Part shown: one piece after another, positions 8,988-20,799 of the stretch
Numbering within the stretch: position 1 is the first letter of the stretch
How the letters are laid out: every line of letters starts with the position of its first letter
Made by a program: the position numbers and the translations under genes
Notes under the pieces: model-generated
What the model was told of the DNA's origin: nothing
Database searches by the model: none
The model's input: the letters and a program-made list of their open reading frames with translations, nothing else
NCBI GenBank assembly: GCA_946965045.2
Contig: OX337235.1
Location: 1,054,001 to 1,118,000, forward strand
Source: Epithemia pelagica
Taxonomy: Eukaryota; Protista; Bacillariophyta
DNA length: 64,000 nucleotides
Direction of reading: 5' to 3'

Positions 8988-11900
8988 ATGCCAATGAGAC
9001 CGGTCGCGGTTGCCGTGGCCCAGGACATGGACAATGGTGTCCATGTTTCTGGAAGGACAATGGACAGAGAGACGATGACTGGCACAGAGGATGACTCTCC
9101 ACCACCTCCAGCACCAAGGGTGGTGCTGCACAACCCATACAAAAGGAAACCCAGTGAACAGGAGGGCATGGGTTGCCAAAGCCAACGACGAAACAACCAA
9201 ACAAAACGGGCAAAATCGTTAGCACAACACCAAACAAAGTCAACAAAGAAGAAGAAGGAAGCAAGAAGACTGAACCAACTCACCCTGGAGAAGAAGAAGG
9301 CATTTGAGGAAGACAGGGACTGCAGAATCTGTTCTGCCAAGCGTCTGGGCATCAAGCCCCCCAAACGATCTCACCACGAGTTTTGCACCAAGAACACAAA
9401 GACCAAGGGCATCCCTGATCATCTGGTGGAAGCATTGAGAGAGGAAGAAAGGCTGAAGAAGGAGGCAACAAGGGAGGTGACCTTCAAGCCCATCATCATG
9501 AGCCAAGAGGAATTCAACCTCTTCTTCCAACTCAACAACAAAACAGTATGTGAGGCTTCAAACGAAGCCACAACCATAACGGCGGCGGATATTGAGATTT
9601 CAAGTAAACGGGGAGGAAGGAAGAACTGTGTTGCGCGCACGGACGCTCTCATCAATAACAAAGTTTTGTCTTCGGTTGGGTCAGCGGAGTATGTTTTTAT
9701 GAAATCGGTACTCAACAAATATAAAGAAATCACGCCAGACAGTTCGATTACATGTCCGAAGACGATTTTCGCGCTGGCCAAGACGATCGCTGAAACTTGT
9801 TTAGAGAAGAAGCGTGACCTGTCGTCACTTAAGGCATACATGCGCAACATGGAGTTCTGTGTGCCCGACGTGCGTGACAACAACAATGCCCTGTGGGACT
9901 CAATAGTAGGGTGCAAATTATACATTGTGGATTGGGGGCTATTTCTACCGGAAGAATTCAAAAATATTGGGCTCAAGTGCCCGAAGTGTACGACGTGTAC
10001 ACTAAAAAGAGACCGCACGAACCTGTCCAGGAGCAAGAGTTTGTTCCTGATTTTTAATCTTGGTGGTGCTCCACACTACGCCCTGGTCACCAACTACTAC
10101 TGCCCGGAGTGCAAGGTGACGCATGCCGGCAACGACGGCGCACTTCTGAACATGATGCCCTCACATTTTCAGAAATGGTACCCAGTCAAGGCAAAGTGGG
10201 CTTGAGGTGCACAGCACTTGGATGTCATCTCTACAACCATGATTGAGGAGTTGATGATCACCCATGGGAATGGGGATCTCGTCAGTGACCTCATATATGC
10301 TGCAATCAATCGTGATTATAGAGACAGGGTGACTAACTATATGTCCTTTTGTGACTCTACACATCAGAGGGCCCACGACTATCCAGAGAAAGATGGAGAA
10401 TGGTTGACCAGGTTCCCTCCATTGGGCGAAACCATCCGAAAAGCCTATCTAGAGGCCAGCCAGAGCACCTGGAATCCGTGGAGATTGAGCGACAAAGACA
10501 GGCACACGCGCGAAATACAAGCAGGCAAATGCTCGACAAGCTTTGCTCAAGATCATACTTTCCAAGTTGTAAAAAATTATCCCAAAAGGATACAAGCCGA
10601 GGCCCTGTTTGATTGTTGTAATGAACATGGGAAAGTGCTCTTGGCTATTCTTGTCAAAACTACAGAAACCAAGCATTTCTCACATGCCGCAACCCAACTG
10701 GCCAAGCGACCAGGATTCCGACCATCTATCATGTATTCGGACACCTTCCCGCACAAAAAAGGCTATTGGGAGGAATTGTTGGGTAAAGGCAAAGAAGGGA
10801 ATAATGTCCAAGGTAGACTGGGCCTGTTCCATTTCATTTGCCGAATCACTAAGACCATGCGTCCGAGTCACATAGACTATGGTGATGCAATGCGTGACCT
10901 CCTCGACTGTCTATACGAGTATGACGACGGCGACTTTGGCAGACTCGTGACAGCCCTAAAGAATGGAGAAATGTCGGCAACAGGTGAGAAGTACAGTGAC
11001 AAAGGCATTGCAGAGATGCGCCAAACAAAAACCTTTCGACAAAGGTATGGAAAGTACTTACGGAAGAAGATTCGGGGGAAACAGGCCATCACAACAAAAC
11101 TAGAAGAATGGAAAAACAAGTACAAGGCGAGAGCTTCCGAGGGTTCGAGTCCAGCACGAGGGAGACTTGATCCGCGTACACAGCAATCTCTGTTCACTGC
11201 TGAAACGCACCAGGCAATCGAAAACTGCAAAAACAAAGCGGAGTTCTTGTCGGATCCATTGCCAACGAAGAAAATGTATCGTGAGATCAAGGCCCATCCC
11301 AATTCAAAGCACGGATTGAGTGAGTTTGTGTCTTACCGTGGTGAAAGTAAGCTCGAATCATTGCACGACAACCTTGCCCATTTTGGGAATGGAGGTATGA
11401 ACAAGGCACTCAGCGATGTGCTGAATCTCTGTGGAACAGCACGATACAACAAGAAAATACGACAAAACGTCCGTCTAGCCAATCTCAATTTGCAACAACG
11501 CAACAAGAAAATGCCTGCAGCATGGGAAGGAGTTGTGAGTCACTGGAATCACTGCGAGTTGGCATTCATCAACAAGCTTACCGTTCGCTGCGGGGCAAAG
11601 AAACCGTTCGACTACGTGGAGGACTTACCGGACGACAACGGTGAACGCTTCTTCTCGGAATATCTCTCAATCCAAACAGAGATCCAGCAACAATGGCCGC
11701 TCCAATTCTTCCACAATGACCACTGTCCCTGCAATGGCTGTTCCAGTTATCTCCACAATAAAACACAACTTGCAATCGAAGAGATGGGAGACGATCGCGA
11801 AGACAACAATGATGACAACAACAACGGACAGCACGACGAGGAAGATGAATCAGATGAAGAGCAAGACATGAATGAAGAAAAAGAAAAAGAAAAAGAAAAG

Positions 11901-12365
11901 GAGAGTGACTGCGAAGATATCAATATGGCAGATGAGGAGGGTGAGACAAACAGTTTGCAAGCTGAATCATCTCCAGTGGCCGCCCATTTCCAGCCTGCAA
12001 AGAATCCAAATACAACAACAACAACAACAAACATTACCATGCCTCCAACACAACAACAAATGATCCAGCACCAAGCGGTGCCATCCATGCAACACAACCA
12101 GACCAAGGTCTATCACTACCAGCAGCAATTGCTGCAGCAGGCAGCTTTCTTGTCCACGATCCTCTGCCAGCAAACAACGGCCGTGCCCAATCCGGCCCAT
12201 CAACAAATACTGCTGCCAAATCAACCACCACCACAATTCCCCCCGCAACTTCCAACCAACAACTGTTGCATCCGCAACATTCAGTACTGGAATCGCCCCA
12301 ATCGAAGGGGCATCCCACCGCATGACAAATCATGCCGAAACCATGCGAGCAATCGTCTGTATTGA
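8988..12365 (+). CDS. Transposase of unit 2: Zn-finger/DUF6729-like N-half plus DDE C-half in one reading frame, split by a single TGA (10203-10205)
   Basis: ORFs 8988-10205 and 10218-12365 are in the same frame (KWA*GAQHLDV). N-half has CRIC...HHEFC, CPKC...YYCPEC and DGALLNMMP..F..WYP; the tail is acidic and Q/P-rich. Confidence 0.85.
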
Positions 12366-13201
12366 GAAAAAATAAAAATAGTTAGTGAAATGAAAAAAGC
12401 CACATGATTCGGGCACCAGCAGTGCTTGAGCACTTACCATGGTGCTGTTACCGGAAACAGAAGAACGAAAGAAAACAGTATTGGCAAGAACACAACAACA
12501 GTAGTGAGAAAGCCATCGTTGATAAAATAATGAGAAGATCTGCAAATTTGCGTGCCGTGAAGTAGCTAGCCATTTGCAAATCTTTGCGCAGTATACGGCG
12601 TTTTAAGTATGGCTAAAAGACACACACCGGCAATACGAACAAATGTCACACGACATATGTGAGGCTGACGTTGTTTTACATAGGCAAAAGACAGCTGCTC
12701 TCAGCACTTACCGTAGAAACACTCGTACGTTGACCGTGGGGACCTGCCAAATCCCCTCCTCTCTACTTCGTGGTCCACCACGTACTCACCACACATTGCA
12801 CACAGGGGAAGAAACAGTGACAAAGACAACAGCCAATTAGATCACATTCTGATAGCGGCAATCACACGTTCTCAACGAAGGGAATCTTACCATAATTTCT
12901 TCCTTCTTTTTCTTTTTTCCTTTTCTTCTTCTTTTTTCTCCTCCTTTTTTCCCCTCCTATTCTGTAAGATCCCCCTATATTTTCAATACAAGGGCCTCAG
13001 AAATACATGGCAGATACATGATTGGGTTAGAAATTTCACAAGACATAGACAAGACAGCAAAATACTTAACGAAAACTCACACAAGACATGTCTTCTCTTA
13101 CCTGTAGACATCGCGCGCCACGCGCAAAAAGCCACGGAATCTTGTCGACTTCCCCACGAAAAAGATGAAAACGACGAGGAGTTCCGCTCCAACACGATTC
13201 C

Positions 13202-16200
13202 ATGCCAATGAGACCGGTCGTGGTTGCCGTGGCCCAGGACATGGACAATGGTGTCCATGTTTCTGGAAGGACAATGGACAGAGAGACGATGACTGGCACA
13301 GAGGATGACTCTCCACCACCTCCAGCACCAAGGGTGGTGCTGCACAACCCATACAAAAGGAAACCCAGTGAACAGGAGGGCATGGGTTGCCAAAGCCAAC
13401 GACGAAACAACCAAACAAAACGGGCGAAATCGTTAGCACAACACCAAACAAAGTCAACAAAGAAGAAGAAGGAAGCAAGAAGACTGAACCAACTCACCCT
13501 GGAGAGGAAGAAGGCATTTGAGGAAGACAGGGACTGCAGAATCTGTTCTGCCAAGCGTCTGGGCATCAAGCCCCCCAAACGATCTCACCACGAGTTTTGC
13601 ACCAAGAACACAAAGACCAAGGGCATCCCTGATCATCTGGTGGAAGCATTGAGAGAGGAAGAAAGGCTGAAGAAGGAGGCAACAAGGGAGGTGACCTTCA
13701 AGCCCATCATCATGAGCCAAGAGGAATTCAACCTCTTCTTCCAACTCAACAACAAAACAGTATGTGAGGCTTCAAACGAAGCCACAACCATAACGGCGGC
13801 GGATATTGAGATTTCAAGTAAACGGGGAGGAAGGAAGAACTGTGTTGCGCGCACGGACGCTCTCATCAATAACAAAGTTTTGTCTTCGGTTGGGTCAGCG
13901 GAGTATGTTTTTATGAAATCGGTACTCAACAAATATAAAGAAATCACGCCAGACAGTTCGATTACATGTCCGAAGACGATTTTCGCGCTGGCCAAGACGA
14001 TCGCTGAAACTTGTTTAGAGAAGAAGCGTGACCTGTCGTCACTTAAGGCATACATGCGCAACATGGAGTTCTGTGTGCCCGACGTGCGTGACAACAACAA
14101 TGCCCTGTGGGACTCAATAGTAGGGTGCAAATTATACATTGTGGATTGGGGGCTATTTCTACCGGAAGAATTCAAAAATATTGGGCTCAAGTGCCCGAAG
14201 TGTACGACGTGTACACTAAAAAGAGACCGCACGAACCTGTCCAGGAGCAAGAGTTTGTTCCTGATTTTTAATCTTGGTGGTGCTCCACACTACGCCCTGG
14301 TCACCAACTACTACTGCCCGGAGTGCAAGGTGACGCATGCCGGCAACGACGGCGCACTTCTGAACATGATGCCCTCACATTTTCAGAAATGGTACCCAGT
14401 CAAGGCAAAGTGGGCTTGAGGTGCACAGCACTTGGATGTCATCTCTACAACCATGATTGAGGAGTTGATGATCACCCATGGGAATGGGGATCTCGTCAGT
14501 GACCTCATATATGCTGCAATCAATCGTGATTATAGAGACAGGGTGACTAACTATATGTCCTTTTGTGACTCTACACATCAGAGGGCCCACGACTATCCAG
14601 AGAAAGATGGAGAATGGTTGACCAGGTTCCCTCCATTGGGCGAAACCATCCGAAAAGCCTATCTAGAGGCCAGCCAGAGCACCTGGAATCCGTGGAGATT
14701 GAGCGACAAAGACAGGCACACGCGCGAAATACAAGCAGGCAAATGCTCGACAAGCTTTGCTCAAGATCATACTTTCCAAGTTGTAAAAAATTATCCCAAA
14801 AGGATACAAGCCGAGGCCCTGTTTGATTGTTGTAATGAACATGGGAAAGTGCTCTTGGCTATTCTTGTCAAAACTACAGAAACCAAGCATTTCTCACATG
14901 CCGCAACCCAACTGGCCAAGCGACCAGGATTCCGACCATCTATCATGTATTCGGACACCTTCCCGCACAAAAAAGGCTATTGGGAGGAATTGTTGGGTAA
15001 AGGCAAAGAAGGGAATAATGTCCAAGGTAGACTGGGCCTGTTCCATTTCATTTGCCGAATCACTAAGACCATGCGTCCGAGTCACATAGACTATGGTGAT
15101 GCAATGCGTGACCTCCTCGACTGTCTATACGAGTATGACGACGGCGACTTTGGCAGACTCGTGACAGCCCTAAAGAATGGAGAAATGTCGGCAACAGGTG
15201 AGAAGTACAGTGACAAAGGCATTGCAGAGATGCGCCAAACAAAAACCTTTCGACAAAGGTATGGAAAGTACTTACGGAAGAAGATTCGGGGGAAACAGGC
15301 CATCACAACAAAACTAGAAGAATGGAAAAACAAGTACAAGGCGAGAGCTTCCGAGGGTTCGAGTCCAGCACGAGGGAGACTTGATCCGCGTACACAGCAA
15401 TCTCTGTTCACTGCTGAAACGCACCAGGCAATCGAAAACTGCAAAAACAAAGCGGAGTTCTTGTCGGATCCATTGCCAACGAAGAAAATGTATCGTGAGA
15501 TCAAGGCCCATCCCAATTCAAAGCACGGATTGAGTGAGTTTGTGTCTTACCGTGGTGAAAGTAAGCTCGAATCATTGCACGACAACCTTGCCCATTTTGG
15601 GAATGGAGGTATGAACAAGGCACTCAGCGATGTGCTGAATCTCTGTGGAACAGCACGATACAACAAGAAAATACGACAAAACGTCCGTCTAGCCAATCTC
15701 AATTTGCAACAACGCAACAAGAAAATGCCTGCAGCATGGGAAGGAGTTGTGAGTCACTGGAATCACTGCGAGTTGGCATTCATCAACAAGCTTACCGTTC
15801 GCTGCGGGGCAAAGAAACCGTTCGACTACGTGGAGGACTTACCGGACGACAACGGTGAACGCTTCTTCTCGGAATATCTCTCAATCCAAACAGAGATCCA
15901 GCAACAATGGCCGCTCCAATTCTTCCACAATGACCACTGTCCCTGCAATGGCTGTTCCAGTTATCTCCACAATAAAACACAACTTGCAATCGAAGAGATG
16001 GGAGACGATCGCGAAGACAACAATGATGACAACAACAACGGACAGCACGACGAGGAAGATGAATCAGATGAAGAGCAAGACATGAATGAAGAAAAAGAAA
16101 AAGAAAAAGAAAAGGAGAGTGACTGCGAAGATATCAATATGGCAGATGAGGAGGGTGAGACAAACAGTTTGCAAGCTGAATCATCTCCAGTGGCCGCCCA

Positions 16201-16582
16201 TTTCCAGCCTGCAAAGAATCCAAATACAACAACAACAACAACAACAAACATTACCATGCCTCCAACACAACAACAAATGATCCAGCACCAAGCGGTGCCA
16301 TCCATGCAACACAACCAGACCAAGGTCTATCACTACCAGCAGCAATTGCTGCAGCAGGCAGCTTTCTTGTCCACGATCCTCTGCCAGCAAACAACGGCCG
16401 TGCCCAATCCGGCCCATCAACAAATACTGCTGCCAAATCAACCACCACCACAATTCCCCCCGCAACTTCCAACCAACAACTGTTGCATCCGCAACATTCA
16501 GTACTGGAATCGCCCCAATCGAAGGGGCATCCCACCGCATGACAAATCATGCCGAAACCATGCGAGCAATCGTCTGTATTGA
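13202..16582 (+). CDS. Transposase of unit 3, same in-frame TGA (14417-14419)
   Basis: Near-identical to unit 2; one extra ACA codon in the Thr run. Confidence 0.85.
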
Positions 16583-17418
16583 GAAAAAATAAAAATAGTT
16601 AGTGAAATGAAAAAAGCCACATGATTCGGGCACCAGCAGTGCTTGAGCACTTACCATGGTGCTGTTACCGGAAACAGAAGAACGAAAGAAAACAGTATTG
16701 GTAAGAACACAACAACAGTAGTGAGAAAGCCATCGTTGATAAAATAATGAGAAGATCTGCAAATTTGCGTGCCGTGAAGTAGCTAGCCATTTGCAAATCT
16801 TTGCGCAGTATACGGCGTTTTAAGTATGGCTAAAAGACACACACCGGCAATACGAACAAATGTCACACGACATATGTGAGGCTGACGTTGTTTTACATAG
16901 GCAAAAGACAGCTGCTCTCAGCACTTACCGTAGAAACACTCGTACGTTGACCGTGGGGACCTGCCAAATCCCCTCCTCTCTACTTCGTGGTCCACCACGT
17001 ACTCACCACACATTGCACACAGGGGAAGAAACAGTGACAAAGACAACAGCCAATTAGATCACATTCTGATAGCGGCAATCACACGTTCTCAACGAAGGGA
17101 ATCTTACCATAATTTCTTCCTTCTTTTTCTTTTTTCCTTTTCTTCTTCTTTTTTCTCCTCCTTTTTTCCCCTCCTATTCTGTAAGATCCCCCTATATTTT
17201 CAATACAAGGGCCTCAGAAATACATGGCAGATACATGATTGGGTTAGAAATTTCACAAGACATAGACAAGACAGCAAAATACTTAACGAAAACTCACACA
17301 AGACATGTCTTCTCTTACCTGTAGACATCGCGCGCCACGCGCAAAAAGCCACGGAATCTTGTCGACTTCCCCACGAAAAAGATGAAAACGACGAGGAGTT
17401 CCGCTCCAACACGATTCC

Positions 17419-20400
17419 ATGCCAATGAGACCGGTCGTGGTTGCCGTGGCCCAGGACATGGACAATGGTGTCCATGTTTCTGGAAGGACAATGGACAGAG
17501 AGACGATGACTGGCACAGAGGATGACTCTCCACCACCTCCAGCACCAAGGGTGGTGCTGCACAACCCATACAAAAGGAAACCCAGTGAACAGGAGGGCAT
17601 GGGTTGCCAAAGCCAACGACGAAACAACCAAACAAAACGGGCGAAATCGTTAGCACAACACCAAACAAAGTCAACAAAGAAGAAGAAGGAAGCAAGAAGA
17701 CTGAACCAACTCACCCTGGAGAGGAAGAAGGCATTTGAGGAAGACAGGGACTGCAGAATCTGTTCTGCCAAGCGTCTGGGCATCAAGCCCCCCAAACGAT
17801 CTCACCACGAGTTTTGCACCAAGAACACAAAGACCAAGGGCATCCCTGATCATCTGGTGGAAGCATTGAGAGAGGAAGAAAGGCTGAAGAAGGAGGCAAC
17901 AAGGGAGGTGACCTTCAAGCCCATCATCATGAGCCAAGAGGAATTCAACCTCTTCTTCCAACTCAACAACAAAACAGTATGTGAGGCTTCAAACGAAGCC
18001 ACAACCATAACGGCGGCGGATATTGAGATTTCAAGTAAACGGGGAGGAAGGAAGAACTGTGTTGCGCGCACGGACGCTCTCATCAATAACAAAGTTTTGT
18101 CTTCGGTTGGGTCAGCGGAGTATGTTTTTATGAAATCGGTACTCAACAAATATAAAGAAATCACGCCAGACAGTTCGATTACATGTCCGAAGACGATTTT
18201 CGCGCTGGCCAAGACGATCGCTGAAACTTGTTTAGAGAAGAAGCGTGACCTGTCGTCACTTAAGGCATACATGCGCAACATGGAGTTCTGTGTGCCCGAC
18301 GTGCGTGACAACAACAATGCCCTGTGGGACTCAATAGTAGGGTGCAAATTATACATTGTGGATTGGGGGCTATTTCTACCGGAAGAATTCAAAAATATTG
18401 GGCTCAAGTGCCCGAAGTGTACGACGTGTACACTAAAAAGAGACCGCACGAACCTGTCCAGGAGCAAGAGTTTGTTCCTGATTTTTAATCTTGGTGGTGC
18501 TCCACACTACGCCCTGGTCACCAACTACTACTGCCCGGAGTGCAAGGTGACGCATGCCGGCAACGACGGCGCACTTCTGAACATGATGCCCTCACATTTT
18601 CAGAAATGGTACCCAGTCAAGGCAAAGTGGGCTTGAGGTGCACAGCACTTGGATGTCATCTCTACAACCATGATTGAGGAGTTGATGATCACCCATGGGA
18701 ATGGGGATCTCGTCAGTGACCTCATATATGCTGCAATCAATCGTGATTATAGAGACAGGGTGACTAACTATATGTCCTTTTGTGACTCTACACATCAGAG
18801 GGCCCACGACTATCCAGAGAAAGATGGAGAATGGTTGACCAGGTTCCCTCCATTGGGCGAAACCATCCGAAAAGCCTATCTAGAGGCCAGCCAGAGCACC
18901 TGGAATCCGTGGAGATTGAGCGACAAAGACAGGCACACGCGCGAAATACAAGCAGTCAAATGCTCGACAAGCTTTGCTCAAGATCATACTTTCCAAGTTG
19001 TAAAAAATTATCCCAAAAGGATACAAGCCGAGGCCCTGTTTGATTGTTGTAATGAACATGGGAAAGTGCTCTTGGCTATTCTTGTCAAAACTACAGAAAC
19101 CAAGCATTTCTCACATGCCGCAACCCAACTGGCCAAGCGACCAGGATTCCGACCATCTATCATGTATTCGGACACCTTCCCGCACAAAAAAGGCTATTGG
19201 GAGGAATTGTTGGGTAAAGGCAAAGAAGGGAATAATGTCCAAGGTAGACTGGGCCTGTTCCATTTCATTTGCCGAATCACTAAGACCATGCGTCCGAGTC
19301 ACATAGACTATGGTGATGCAATGCGTGACCTCCTCGACTGTCTATACGAGTATGACGACGGCGACTTTGGCAGACTCGTGACAGCCCTAAAGAATGGAGA
19401 AATGTCGACAACAGGTGAGAAGTACAGTGACAAAGGCATTGCAGAGATGCGCCAAACAAAAACCTTTCGACAAAGGTATGGAAAGTACTTACGGAAGAAG
19501 ATTCGGGGGAAACAGGCCATCACAACAAAACTAGAAGAATGGAAAAACAAGTACAAGGTGAGAGCTTCCGAGGGTTCGAGTCCAGCACGAGGGAGACTTG
19601 ATCCGCGTACACAGCAATCTCTGTTCACTGCTGAAACGCACCAGGCAATCGAAAACTGCAAAAACAAAGCGGAGTTCTTGTCGGATCCATTGCCAACGAA
19701 GAAAATGTATCGTGAGATCAAGGCCCATCCCAATTCAAAGCACGGATTGAGTGAGTTTGTGTCTTACCGTGGTGAAAGTAAGCTCGAATCATTGCGCGAC
19801 AACCTTGCCCATTTTGGGAATGGAGGTATGAACAAGGCACTCAGCGATGTGCTGAATCTCTGTGGAACAGCACGATACAACAAGAAAATACGACAAAACG
19901 TCCGTTTAGCCAATCTCAATTCGCAACAACGCAACAAGAAAATGCCTGCAGCATGGGAAGGAGTTGTGAGTCACTGGAATCACTGCGAGTTGGCATTCAT
20001 CAACAAGCTTACCATTCGCTGCGGGGCAAAGAAACCGTTCGACTACGTGGAGGACTTACCGGACGACAACGGTGAACGCTTCTTCTCGGAATATCTCTCA
20101 ATCCAAACAGAGATCCAGCAACAATGGCCGCTCCAATTCTTCCACAATGACCACTGTCCCTGCAATGGCTGTTCCAGTTATCTCCACAATAAAACACAAC
20201 TTGCAATCGAAGAGATGGGAGACGATCGCGAAGACAACAATGATGACAACAACAACGGACAGCACGACGAGGAAGATAAATCAGATGAAGAGCAAGACAT
20301 GAATGAAGAAAAAGAAAAAGAAAAAGAAAAGGAGAGTGACAGCGAAGATATCAATATGGCAGATGAGGAGGGTGAGACAAACAGTTTGCAAGCTGAATCA

Positions 20401-20799
20401 TCTCCAGTGGCCGCCCATTTCCAGCCTGCAAAGAATCCAAATACAACAACAACAACAACAACAAACATTACCATGCCTCCAACACAACAACAAATGATCC
20501 AGCACCAAGCGGTGCCATCCATGCAACACAACCAGACCAAGGTCTATCACTACCAGCAGCAATTGCTGCAGCAGGCAGCTTTCTTGTCCACGATCCTCTG
20601 CCAGCAAACAACGGCCGTGCCCAATCCGGCCCATCAACAAATACTGCTGCCAAATCAACCACCACCACAATTCCCCCCGCAACTTCCAACCAACAACTGT
20701 TGCATCCGCAACATTCAGTACTGGAATCGCCCCAATCGAAGGGGCATCCCACCGCATGACAAATCATGCCGAAACCATGCGAGCAATCGTCTGTATTGA
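17419..20799 (+). CDS. Transposase of unit 4, same in-frame TGA (18634-18636)
   Basis: Near-identical to units 2 and 3 but carries several unit-1-type variants. Confidence 0.85.
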
